Origin: an uncultured Chloroflexia bacterium
Lineage (GTDB): Bacteria; Chloroflexota; Limnocylindria; Limnocylindrales; CSP1-4
Direction of reading: 5' to 3'
NCBI GenBank assembly: GCA_963735455.1
Contig: CAVTKZ010000004.1
Coordinates: 43,587 to 107,586 of the forward strand
Length of the DNA: 64,000 nucleotides
This document shows positions 9,470 through 17,740 of this stretch, piece after piece. Each line of letters starts with the position of its first letter. Positions within the stretch are counted from its first letter, which is position 1. The notes beneath the pieces are model-generated. The model worked only from the letters and a program-made list of their open reading frames with translations. It was not told where the DNA came from and ran no database searches. A program made the translations under genes and the position numbers.

Positions 9470-9994
9470 GTGAATCAGGGGCTGCCGTCGATTGACGCCC
9501 TGAACGCACTGCCGGTCGCCGGCTTCGTCGCGACGATGGCGCCGCTGTTCGAGGGCGCGCCGGGCTTCCTTGCTCGCCTGGCGAGCGCCCGGCCGTTCGC
9601 AACCTATGCCGACTTGTGGCCGCGCGCCCTGGCCGTCGCCCGGGAGATGCCCGAAGCAGAGCAGCTCGAGCTGATCAACGCCCACCCCCGGCTCGGTGCC
9701 CCGCCGGCCAGCGTCTCAGCCCTGTCGTTCCGGGAACAGGGCTACAACCGAGCGGCAGCGAATTCCGAAACCGCCGAAGCCGCTCGCCTCGCGGCCGAGC
9801 TCGAGCGGCTCAACTCCGCCTACGAGCAGCGCTTCGGCTTCCGGTTCTGCGTCTTCGTCGACGGCCGGCCGCGGCCGGCCCTGCTGCCGGTGATCGAGAC
9901 CGCGCTCGAGGCCGACCGGGCGGGCGAGATCCGGCGGGCGCTGGGCGACGTGATCGCGATTGCCGCCGACCGGGCGCGGTTGCTGGGCCGATGA
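9470..9994 (+). CDS. uraD: 2-oxo-4-hydroxy-4-carboxy-5-ureidoimidazoline (OHCU) decarboxylase
   Basis: GTG 9470 is in frame. Motifs present: LNALP...F...LFEGAPGF, RPF, LINAHPRLG, ERLNSAYEQRFGFRFCVFV. It lies directly downstream of the HIUase. Confidence 0.8.
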   Translation: MNQGLPSIDALNALPVAGFVATMAPLFEGAPGFLARLASARPFATYADLWPRALAVAREMPEAEQLELINAHPRLGAPPASVSALSFREQGYNRAAANSETAEAARLAAELERLNSAYEQRFGFRFCVFVDGRPRPALLPVIETALEADRAGEIRRALGDVIAIAADRARLLGR

Positions 9995-10869
9995 CCCTCA
10001 GCCATCTCGTCAACCCGGCGCAGCGCTGGCGGATCGTGAGCGGCTACGTCCCGAGCTGTCCCGTCGGCACCGTCGTGACGCTGTCGACGAGCGGTGATCG
10101 GCTCGACGTCGTCCGGCCGGGGGCCGGGATCGTGGCCCAGCTCGACCTGAGCAATGCCCGGATCAGCGCCAGCCCGGACGGTCGCGAGCTGACCCTCGGC
10201 ACCGCCACCGGCGAGGTCGTCTTCCAGAACGACGACGCCCTGAGCGCAAGCGGTCCGCTCGTGGCGCAACCGATCGCGCTAGCGCCGGCCGCCGATGCCG
10301 CCGCGCCCTCGATCGCCTATCCGGCCGCCCCGCCGTCGATCGCCGTTCCGGGCCCCGTCCCGGCCCAGGCCCCCGCTCCCGCTCGGCCTGCGCCGGACCC
10401 CGCCTCATACATCGGGCAGGTCGTCCAGTTCGGCGCGCTCACTCCGAACGCGGACGGCTGGAACCTGTTCGTCTTCCTGGTCCTGCGCCGGGTCAACGGC
10501 TGGCTGATCGGCCTGACCCAGGCCGGCCGTCCGGTCGGCATCGCCGAGCACAACATCGCCTGGTCCCACGTCCTGGATCCGGGACCGCGGCGCGCATCGG
10601 ACCGGCTGGTGCTGACCTACCTGGGCAAGCGCCAGGAGTGCGACCGTGCCTTCCAGCTCGATGCCCCGACGCTGCGCGAGCTCGGCTACGAGCTGACCAG
10701 CCAGCACTTCCTGCAGGAGCGCCGGAGCGCATCGACGATCGCCCTCGCCGCGATCGTCGCCCTGCTCCTGACTCCGCTGCTGATCGGCATCGCGATCTGG
10801 GCCTGGCTGGTCGTGAGCCGCCCGGGCGGTGTTCTCACCGCGATCTTCGAGCGCCGCGCGCCTGCCTAG
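9991..10869 (+). CDS. hypothetical protein with a Pro/Ala-rich linker and a C-terminal TM anchor
   Basis: ATG 9991 overlaps the uraD stop (ATGA). C-terminal helix LAAIVALLLTPLLIGIAIWAWLVV. No family recognised. Confidence 0.5.
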   Translation: MTLSHLVNPAQRWRIVSGYVPSCPVGTVVTLSTSGDRLDVVRPGAGIVAQLDLSNARISASPDGRELTLGTATGEVVFQNDDALSASGPLVAQPIALAPAADAAAPSIAYPAAPPSIAVPGPVPAQAPAPARPAPDPASYIGQVVQFGALTPNADGWNLFVFLVLRRVNGWLIGLTQAGRPVGIAEHNIAWSHVLDPGPRRASDRLVLTYLGKRQECDRAFQLDAPTLRELGYELTSQHFLQERRSASTIALAAIVALLLTPLLIGIAIWAWLVVSRPGGVLTAIFERRAPA

Positions 10870-10878
10870 GGACCACGA

Positions 10879-11403
10879 ATGACCCCCGACTTCGCCTCCG
10901 AGATCCAGGTCGACGGCCGCCTCCGGCTCCGGGCGCCAACGCCCGCCGATCTGCCTCGCCTCGAACAGATCCTGGCGGAGCCGTCCGTCGCTCGCTGGTG
11001 GACCGCCGCCAGCGAGGCCGGGGCGGCGGCGGACTGGCTGGCCGGCGACGAGCTGATCCACTTCGTGATCGAAGACGATGGCCAGGTGATCGGCAGCCTG
11101 CAGATCGACGAGGAGCTCGATCCCGACTACGAGTTCGCCAGCCTCGACCTGTTCCTCACCACGACGGCCCAGGGCCGCGGCGTCGGCCCTGCCGTGATCC
11201 GGGCGATCGCCAGCCACCTGTTCGACGTCCGCGGCCACCACCGCCTGACGATCGACCCGAACGTGGCCAACGAGCGGGCCATCCGGGCCTATGCCAAGGT
11301 CGGCTTCCGGCCGGTCGGCGTCATGCGCTCGTACGAACGGAGCGCCGACGGCGCCTGGCACGACAACCTGCTGATGGACCTCCTTGCCGGCGAGCTCACC
11401 TGA
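10879..11403 (+). CDS. GNAT-family N-acetyltransferase
   Basis: 174 aa with an acetyl-CoA-binding core (QGRGVGPAVIRAI...) and a RAIRAYAKVGFRPVG motif. Confidence 0.8.
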   Translation: MTPDFASEIQVDGRLRLRAPTPADLPRLEQILAEPSVARWWTAASEAGAAADWLAGDELIHFVIEDDGQVIGSLQIDEELDPDYEFASLDLFLTTTAQGRGVGPAVIRAIASHLFDVRGHHRLTIDPNVANERAIRAYAKVGFRPVGVMRSYERSADGAWHDNLLMDLLAGELT

Positions 11404-11617
11404 CCTGCGGCCTGAGCCCGTCGGCCCAGTGACCGACCCGGGCTGGGGGTTGCGGGCGAGCCATCTATCGCATACTCTGCGCGTTATGCACCGTCAGCTC
11501 GCATCGTTCGAGACGAAGCAGAAGCTCTGGCGGCCCAGCCGAATGGCTCGGGCCCTGGGGCTCTGACGGCGCGCACGACCGCCGACCAAGGGCCTCCAGG
11601 GACGGAGGCTTCGAAGG

Positions 11618-11654
11618 GCCGCGACACCATCGGGTGACGCGGCTCTTTCTTTTT
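11618..11654 (+). terminator. intrinsic terminator/attenuator hairpin in the dapB leader
   Basis: 11-bp GC-rich stem with one A/A mismatch (11618-11628 pairs with 11633-11643) and a 4-nt loop. It is followed by TCTTTCTTTTT (11644-11654). It ends 60 nt upstream of the dapB ATG and 215 nt downstream of the GNAT stop. Confidence 0.55.
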
Positions 11655-11714
11655 GCCCGACGCGCGGGCAGGCCTCCTCCCCAGGGCCGACGCACAACAG
11701 GGGAGAGACCTGCC

Positions 11715-12488
11715 ATGGACATCGCGATCTTCGGAGACGGCCGGCTCGGGACCGAGATCGGCGACGCGCTCGGCGCGCGGTCGGGGATCCGGCCGACGAT
11801 CCTCGGACGCCCGTCGAACGGCCGCCACCCGAGCGCGTCGCTGGCCGGAATTGACCTCGTCTTCGAGGCCAGCGTGGGCAGCGCCGCGCGGGACAACATC
11901 GAGACGGCACTGGCCGCCGGCGTCCGCCGGTTCGTGATCGCGACGACGGCCTGGGCCGGCGACGAAGCGGCAGTCGAGGCCGCCCTCCGTCGGATGGACG
12001 CCGCGGCCGTCGCGACGCCGAACTTCAGCATCGGGGTCAACCTGTTCTTCCGGCTCGTGGACGCGGCCGTTGGGCTGTACGGGCCGATCGGCGCGTTTGA
12101 TCCCTACGTCCTCGAGTGGCACCACGCCGCCAAGGCCGACCGACCGTCGGGGACTGCCCGGGAGCTCCTGCGCCGCATCGTCGCGGCGCACCCCAGGAAG
12201 CGCGGGGCCCGCGACCCGGGCTCGGACGGGCCACCCGATCCCGGCCTGGTCGACGTCGCGGTCCTGCGGGCCGGCGCCGGCCCGGGGATGCACCTCGTCG
12301 GCTTCGACGCTCCGGGCGAGACGCTCGAGCTCCGGCTCACGGCCCGCGACCGCTCCGCCTATGCGACCGGCGCTCTCGCCGCAGGCGATTGGCTCATGGC
12401 CCAGCCGCGGAGTCCGGGCATCCATCCCTTCGACGAGGTCGTCGACCACCTGCTCGCGGCACCCCAACCATTCGCCGTTCCAGCCTGA
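11715..12488 (+). CDS. dapB: 4-hydroxy-tetrahydrodipicolinate reductase
   Basis: ATG 11715 is preceded by GGGGAGAG. Motifs: IAIFGDGRLG (NAD(P)-binding), TPNFSIGVNLF, LEWHHAAKADRPSGTA. Confidence 0.85.
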   Translation: MDIAIFGDGRLGTEIGDALGARSGIRPTILGRPSNGRHPSASLAGIDLVFEASVGSAARDNIETALAAGVRRFVIATTAWAGDEAAVEAALRRMDAAAVATPNFSIGVNLFFRLVDAAVGLYGPIGAFDPYVLEWHHAAKADRPSGTARELLRRIVAAHPRKRGARDPGSDGPPDPGLVDVAVLRAGAGPGMHLVGFDAPGETLELRLTARDRSAYATGALAAGDWLMAQPRSPGIHPFDEVVDHLLAAPQPFAVPA

Positions 12489-12514
12489 CCCCCAAGTCTG
12501 ACAAGGAGAATCCG

Positions 12515-13540
12515 ATGACTCGCTACACCCGCACAGCTCAGACCCAGCGGCCCGCTCTCCGTGGCGCGCTCACCGCGCTGGTCACCCCGTTCACCGCTGA
12601 CGGGTCCGTCGATGAGACGGCCTTCCGGCGGCTCGTCTCGTGGCAGGTCCTGGCCGGGATCGACGGCCTCGTCCCGTGCGGGACGACCGGTGAGGCTCCG
12701 ACGTTGAGCGCCGACGAACGCGACCGGCTGATCGAGATCACCCTCGAGGTAGCCGGCCAGCGCCCATCGCGCGAACGAATCGCGGTCGTCGCCGGGACCG
12801 GCACCAACGACACCGCGGCGACGATCGTGGCGACCCGCCGGGCGGCCGCCCTCGGCGCGGATGCCGCCCTGGTCGTCGGCCCCTACTACAACCGACCCGA
12901 CCAGCGGATGCTCCTGGGCCACTTCCGGGCGGTCGCCGACGAGGGTGACTTGCCGATCGTCGTCTACAACGTGCCCTCGCGGACGGGCTCGAACCTCGAG
13001 GCGGACACCTTCCTGCAACTTGCAGGCCATCCCCGGGTAATCGCGATCAAAGAGGCGTCTGGCAACCTCGAGCAGATCGCCCGGATCTGCCGGGAGCGGC
13101 CGCGCGACGTGGCGGTCCTGGCCGGAGACGACGCATGGACGCTCCCGGTTCTCGCGCTCGGGGGCAACGGCGTCGTGTCGGTCGCGAGCAACGAGATCCC
13201 GGGAGAGATGACCGCCCTGTGCGCGGCCGCCCAGGCCGGCGACTGGGACGAGGCCCGCCGGATCCACGATCGCTGGCTGCCCCTGATGCTGGCGAACTTC
13301 CGAGGTGGCCCGAACCCGGTGCCGGCCAAGGCTGCCTTGCTGGCGATGGGCCTGATCGGGTCCGACACGACGCGTCGGCCGCTCCTGCCGCTCGAGGTCG
13401 GTCCGCGCGAAGCATTGGCCGCGCTCCTGCGCACGCTGGGGCTGGTCGCGCCATCGGCAGGCCGGTCGAGTGAGCCGCGCCCTGCGACGGGTATCCCTGG
13501 CGGCGGAACCGCCGGGGCGGCAGAAGAGGCGGTCGCATGA
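12515..13540 (+). CDS. dapA: 4-hydroxy-tetrahydrodipicolinate synthase
   Basis: ATG 12515 is preceded by AAGGAGAA. Motifs: ALVTPF, LVPCGTTGE, VYNVPSRTG, IKEASGN (Schiff-base Lys). Confidence 0.9.
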   Translation: MTRYTRTAQTQRPALRGALTALVTPFTADGSVDETAFRRLVSWQVLAGIDGLVPCGTTGEAPTLSADERDRLIEITLEVAGQRPSRERIAVVAGTGTNDTAATIVATRRAAALGADAALVVGPYYNRPDQRMLLGHFRAVADEGDLPIVVYNVPSRTGSNLEADTFLQLAGHPRVIAIKEASGNLEQIARICRERPRDVAVLAGDDAWTLPVLALGGNGVVSVASNEIPGEMTALCAAAQAGDWDEARRIHDRWLPLMLANFRGGPNPVPAKAALLAMGLIGSDTTRRPLLPLEVGPREALAALLRTLGLVAPSAGRSSEPRPATGIPGGGTAGAAEEAVA

Positions 13541-14340
13541 TCGCCGCGACCGGCTCGCTCCTCGAGGATCTCGAAGCCGGGCGCCTGCGTGCGGCCATGC
13601 CCGATCCGGTCGCGCCGGATGGCTGGCGCGTCGAGCCGGCGGTCAAGGCGGCGATCCTCGACCAGTTTCGCGATCGCCAGACGTCGGATTGGGCCGCCGG
13701 CCCGCTGGCGTTCCGCGACCGGGTCGGCGTCCCACCCAAACGGCTCTTCGAGTCGCCCGACGGGCGCGCGGCCGATGCGGCCGGGCGCTCCTGGCGAGTC
13801 GTTCCGGGCGGGACGAGCATCCGGGCCGGGGTCCACCTGGAGCCGGGCGTCGTCGTCATGCCGCCGGCGTTCATCAACATCGGCGCCTGGATCGGCGAGG
13901 ACGTGATGGTCGATTCGCACGTCCTGGTCGGATCCTGTGCCCAGATCGGGGCGCGGGTCCACCTGGCCGCCGCCGTCCAGATCGGCGGGGTCCTCGAGCC
14001 GGCCGGCGCCCGGCCCGTGATCGTGGAGGACGATGCCTTCGTCGGCGCGGCGTCGTGCCTGCTCGACGGCGTGCTCGTGCGGGCCGGGGCGGTGATCGGC
14101 GCGGGCGTCGTCCTGACCGGGACCTCGACCCTCTACGACCTGGTCGCTGGCCGGATCCTGGCCGGGAGGACCGAGGCGCCCCTGATCGTGCCGGCCGGGG
14201 CGGTCGTGGTGCCCGGCTCGCGCCCGGCGCGGGGAGCCTTTGCCGAGCGCCACGGGCTGGGGATCGCGACGGCCCTGATCGTGAAGTACCGCGACGCTGG
14301 CACGAGTGCCCGGGTTGCGCTCGAGGGTGCGCTCCGATGA
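13537..14340 (+). CDS. dapD: 2,3,4,5-tetrahydropyridine-2,6-dicarboxylate N-succinyltransferase
   Basis: ATGA overlap with dapA. Left-handed beta-helix hexapeptide repeats are present (IGAWIGEDVMVDSHVLVGSCAQIGARVHLAAAVQIGGVLEP...VIVEDDAFVGA). Confidence 0.85.
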   Translation: MIAATGSLLEDLEAGRLRAAMPDPVAPDGWRVEPAVKAAILDQFRDRQTSDWAAGPLAFRDRVGVPPKRLFESPDGRAADAAGRSWRVVPGGTSIRAGVHLEPGVVVMPPAFINIGAWIGEDVMVDSHVLVGSCAQIGARVHLAAAVQIGGVLEPAGARPVIVEDDAFVGAASCLLDGVLVRAGAVIGAGVVLTGTSTLYDLVAGRILAGRTEAPLIVPAGAVVVPGSRPARGAFAERHGLGIATALIVKYRDAGTSARVALEGALR

Positions 14341-15661
14341 GCCTTGCGCTCGATCCGGCGACAGGCTCGCGGCCGGCCCGGCAGTTCCCCCGGACGCTCT
14401 GGCGCTTGACCTCGATGGGCTTGACTTGGGCGATCTCGCGAGCCGCCATGACACGCCGTTCTACCTGTACGACCTGGCCGTCATCGAGCGTCGGGTCGCG
14501 GCACTCCAGGCTGCCCTGCCGGACGTGTTCCGCCTCGCCTACGCGGTCAAGGCGAATCCGAACGGGGCCGTCCTGGGCCGAATCGCGAGCCTCGGGCTCG
14601 GCGCGGACGTCGCCTCGGCGGGCGAGCTCGGGAGGACCCTGGCAGCCGGCTTCAATCCTGCCCGGGTCGTCTTCACCGGACCGGGCAAGCGCGACGACGA
14701 GCTGCTTGCCGCGGTCACGGCCGCCGTCGGCCTGATCACGGTCGAATCACCGGGCGAGCTGCGCCGCCTCGAATTGATCGCCGAGGCGGCAGGCCGGCCA
14801 GTTCCGATCCTGCTCCGGCGCTCGATCGATCCGTCCGACGGTGGTCCGGCCGAGGACGTCCGGATCATCGGCGACCTGGGCGCGGGCAAGTTCGGGATGG
14901 ACGACGCCGACCTTCGGGCCTCGGCCCGTTTCACGCTCGGATCGCCCTGGCTCGAGCTCCACGGGATCCACGCGTTCGGTGCCTCGAACGTCCTCGACGC
15001 GGCCGCGATCGTGGGCCACGCAGCGAGGACGATGGCCTTCGGGCACGATCTGGCGCTCGAGCTCGGCTTCCGTCTGCGTGTCGTCGATGTCGGGGGCGGA
15101 CTGGGGATCCCCTACGCCGACGACGAGGTGCCGCTCGACCTTGCCCAGCTCGCGGCCGGCCTGGCCGGCCTCGCCGACGGCTGGTCGCATGATCCGGTGA
15201 CTGCCGAAACCGAGGTCCTCGTGGAGCCGGGACGGTTCCTGGTTGGCCCGGCCGGTGCCTACGTGACCCGGGTCGTCGATACGAAACGGGTCCGCGGCCG
15301 GGCGATCGCGATCGTGGATGGCGGGATCAACCACCTCCTCCGGCCGGTGCTCGTCGGCCAGCCCCAGCGGATCCGGCGTCTCGCCGGTCCGCCGATCCGC
15401 CTCGGACCCGAGGCCAATGTCGGGATCGAGGCTGGGCTCGGCCCCGAGAGCGCCCTCGAGCCCAGGCTCGGGCTGAGCCTCGAGCAGGTGACGATCGCCG
15501 GTCCGCTGTGTACCGGCCTCGACATCCTCGCCCGCGACCTGCCGATCGGCATGCCCGAGGTCGGCGAGCTGCTCGCGGTCCTCGACGCCGGCGCCTACGG
15601 CTACACCGAGTCGATGCCCCTCTTCCTGTCCCGCCCGCTGCCCGCCGAGGTCGCCGTCTGA
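14306..15661 (+). CDS. lysA: diaminopimelate decarboxylase (PLP-dependent, fold type III); start uncertain (ATG 14306 overlaps dapD by 35 nt)
   Basis: Motifs: TPFYLYD, AYAVKANPN (PLP Lys), DVGGGLGIPY, VEPGRFLVGPAG, AGPLCTGLD, DAGAYG. It is the last gene of the dap operon. Confidence 0.85.
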   Translation: MPGLRSRVRSDEPCARSGDRLAAGPAVPPDALALDLDGLDLGDLASRHDTPFYLYDLAVIERRVAALQAALPDVFRLAYAVKANPNGAVLGRIASLGLGADVASAGELGRTLAAGFNPARVVFTGPGKRDDELLAAVTAAVGLITVESPGELRRLELIAEAAGRPVPILLRRSIDPSDGGPAEDVRIIGDLGAGKFGMDDADLRASARFTLGSPWLELHGIHAFGASNVLDAAAIVGHAARTMAFGHDLALELGFRLRVVDVGGGLGIPYADDEVPLDLAQLAAGLAGLADGWSHDPVTAETEVLVEPGRFLVGPAGAYVTRVVDTKRVRGRAIAIVDGGINHLLRPVLVGQPQRIRRLAGPPIRLGPEANVGIEAGLGPESALEPRLGLSLEQVTIAGPLCTGLDILARDLPIGMPEVGELLAVLDAGAYGYTESMPLFLSRPLPAEVAV

Positions 15662-15689
15662 GGGCGCCCTCTTGGCGCAGCTCGACGCA

Positions 15690-15962
15690 ATATTCCCCAC
15701 ATTCTTAGCCTGCGCGTCTCTCCCGATGTTTGGCGCTCGATCCGCCGATTCGTGGCCAGGGGACGGCTCGCGAGACCCGATTTACGCATGGACGTCATGA
15801 AATCGAGCGCAGGACGGCTGATGACCCGCCGAGCGTGGCAGACCGTCGTGAAATGCTGCCGGCTAAGCATGTCGGTCATATCGGAGCCCGATCGGCTCCC
15901 TGACTGGGCAAGGGCCGGCCCGGACCGCCCCGTTGGCGCGCTTCTTAGGATGTGCGGAATAT
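15690..15962. repeat. structured non-coding element E1 (terminal inverted repeats plus an internal alternative partner)
   Basis: 15690-15708 pairs with 15944-15962 (16 Watson-Crick pairs, 1 G-U and 2 mismatches out of 19). 15699-15710 also pairs with the internal segment 15861-15872 (11/12). No credible ORF. See findings. Confidence 0.4.
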
Positions 15963-16024
15963 CTGGCGCCGAGGTGGGGGGCTTGGTGGGACCGTGCCAG
16001 AGGATCGAGTCCGCCGGCGCGCCG

Positions 16025-16214
16025 CTCCGTACCACAACTATCCTTAGGTGGCCCCGTCGGCGCGCGATTGAGCGGGTCTGCGGTCGCGAACCAGCCGGCT
16101 GGCGATGCAACGATCAGTAGTTGTGGTGAAACGGTCGTCAAGTGCCCGACTGAAGGGTCGAGCCCGCGCCGGTCGGCCGGAACGGCGTCATCTAAGGTTA
16201 GTCGTGGTACGGAG
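16025..16214. repeat. structured non-coding element E2 (diverged copy of E1)
   Basis: 16025-16050 pairs with 16189-16214 (23/26). 16031-16040 (ACCACAACTA) also pairs perfectly with the internal segment 16118-16127 (TAGTTGTGGT). Its 3' domain resembles that of E1 (GACTG..AAGGG..CCCG...GGCG..TCT.AGG). Confidence 0.4.
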
Positions 16215-16264
16215 GCTCTTGGCGGCGAGGCAGAACGCAAGGCGCAGCCAGCAACCCGGCCGCG

Positions 16265-17557
16265 TCAGCCCTTCGGGCGGAGGGCCCCGCTGTCAGTCTC
16301 GACGCCTTCGACCCGCAGTCGCCACAGGTCGGGATACCACCAGCCCACGAGGAGCAGCGAGACCACGGTCAGGACGCCACCCGCGGCCAGCGTCAGGGGG
16401 GCGCCGATCACCTCGGCCACGCCGCCGGCCAGGAGGCTGCCGATCGGCGAGATCCCGATCGAGGTCAGGACGTAGATGCTGATGATCCGGCCGCGCAGGC
16501 GGCCCGGCGACAGGAGCTGGATCAGCGTGTTCGTGCTCGTGTAGTAGGCCACCTGCGAGGCGCCCAGGACGGCCAGGGCGAGGCAGGTCAGGAGCTCGAT
16601 CCGCGACAGCGAGAAGACGGCCACCGAGATGGCCATCATCGACAGCCCGATCGCCAGGGTCCGGCCGTTCGCGCCGGTCCGCCGCCGGAACGCCACGGCC
16701 AGGGCACCGGCCAGGGCCCCGACCCCGATCGAGGCGGTCAGCAGGCCCAGGCCGGCGGCCCCGATCCCGAGCTCGTTGGCGAAGATCGGGAGCAGGGTCA
16801 GGTAGGGCAGGATGAAGACCGCCGGGGCCATCGCCAGGGCGAGCAGGGCCAGCAGTGGCTTGCGCCCGCGGACGTAGCTGAAGCCCTCGCCCAGGTTGGC
16901 CCACAGACCGGCCCGGGACTGCTCGACCATCGACTCGGTCGGCATCCGGATCGCGACCAGGGCCACGATCACGGCGATGAAGCTGATCGCGTTGAGCCAG
17001 AAGCTGGGTGCCTCGCCGGCGATCCCGATCAGCACGCCGGCGATCGCCGGGCCGACGATCCGGGCGAGGTTGAACTGGGCGCTGTTGAGCGCGATCGCGT
17101 TGCCCAGCGCCGCCCGTCCCACGAGGGCCGGGATGATCGCCTGGAACGCCGGTCCGGCCAGCGCGTTGGCCACCCCGGCGAGGCCGGCCAGGACCAGGAC
17201 CTCCGCAAAGAGGATCGCGTCGGCCTGGACCAGGATCGCCAGGGCGCCGGCGAAGATCGCCAGCCCGACCTGGGTCGCCAGCAGCAGCCGGCGCTGGTCG
17301 ATGCTGTCGGCCAGGGCCCCGGCATACAGGGTCAGGAAGATCGCCGGGGCACTGCCCACGAACGAGGCCAGCCCGAGGAGCCCGGCCGAGCCGGTCAGGC
17401 GCAGGACCAGCCAGCCCAGCGAGGTGACCTGCATCCAGGTCCCGATATTCGAGATGAACGTGCCGGCCAGGAAGATCCGGTAGGTGGGCGAGGCGAGCGC
17501 CGGCAGGCGGGCGGGCTTGGGCACCGACACGCTGGCCGCTTGGTCAGGGATGGTCAT
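16265..17557 (-). CDS. MFS transporter (EntS/MFS_3-like)
   Basis: Met at 17557 (MTIPDQ...). About 12 hydrophobic helices, with a typical N-terminus FRIFLAGTFISNIGTWMQVTSLGWLVL. The ORF-track 5' extension was dropped. Confidence 0.8.
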   Translation of the reverse strand: MTIPDQAASVSVPKPARLPALASPTYRIFLAGTFISNIGTWMQVTSLGWLVLRLTGSAGLLGLASFVGSAPAIFLTLYAGALADSIDQRRLLLATQVGLAIFAGALAILVQADAILFAEVLVLAGLAGVANALAGPAFQAIIPALVGRAALGNAIALNSAQFNLARIVGPAIAGVLIGIAGEAPSFWLNAISFIAVIVALVAIRMPTESMVEQSRAGLWANLGEGFSYVRGRKPLLALLALAMAPAVFILPYLTLLPIFANELGIGAAGLGLLTASIGVGALAGALAVAFRRRTGANGRTLAIGLSMMAISVAVFSLSRIELLTCLALAVLGASQVAYYTSTNTLIQLLSPGRLRGRIISIYVLTSIGISPIGSLLAGGVAEVIGAPLTLAAGGVLTVVSLLLVGWWYPDLWRLRVEGVETDSGALRPKG

Positions 17558-17740
17558 CGGCGTCGGGAGGGCAGTCGAGCCGGCACGGGCCTCGAGTATA
17601 GGGGGACGCGCCTGGCCTTCAGGCCCCACAATCACCGTTGGTGCTCGACCGAGCTGCCCCCCGGCTTGGTCGGGCACTCCTGCGCCTTGACCCGTGAGGG
17701 CCTGCCGCAGCCCGACTCAGGCCCAGAGCGGCGCTCCGTC

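Noticed and set aside
11480-11617. Calling the dapB leader a lysine (L-box) riboswitch.
   Set aside because: The conserved L-box core elements are not present in the canonical order. Only vague similarities were found (CGCCGACCAAGGG, CTGGGG). It is reported only as an unclassified leader with a terminator.
16005-16040. tRNA/tmRNA-like T-loop resemblance (GGATCGAGTCC, followed later by ...GTACCA).
   Set aside because: The flanking bases do not form a 5-bp T-stem. No acceptor stem, D-arm or anticodon arm could be built by hand.
15752-16120. 122-aa ORF (and overlapping ORFs 15601..16110, 15933..16475 and 16105..16482) in the lysA-MFS gap.
   Set aside because: The translations are Arg/Cys/Trp-rich and not protein-like. 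There is no RBS and no codon-position GC bias like that of neighbouring genes. The region is better explained by the inverted-repeat elements.
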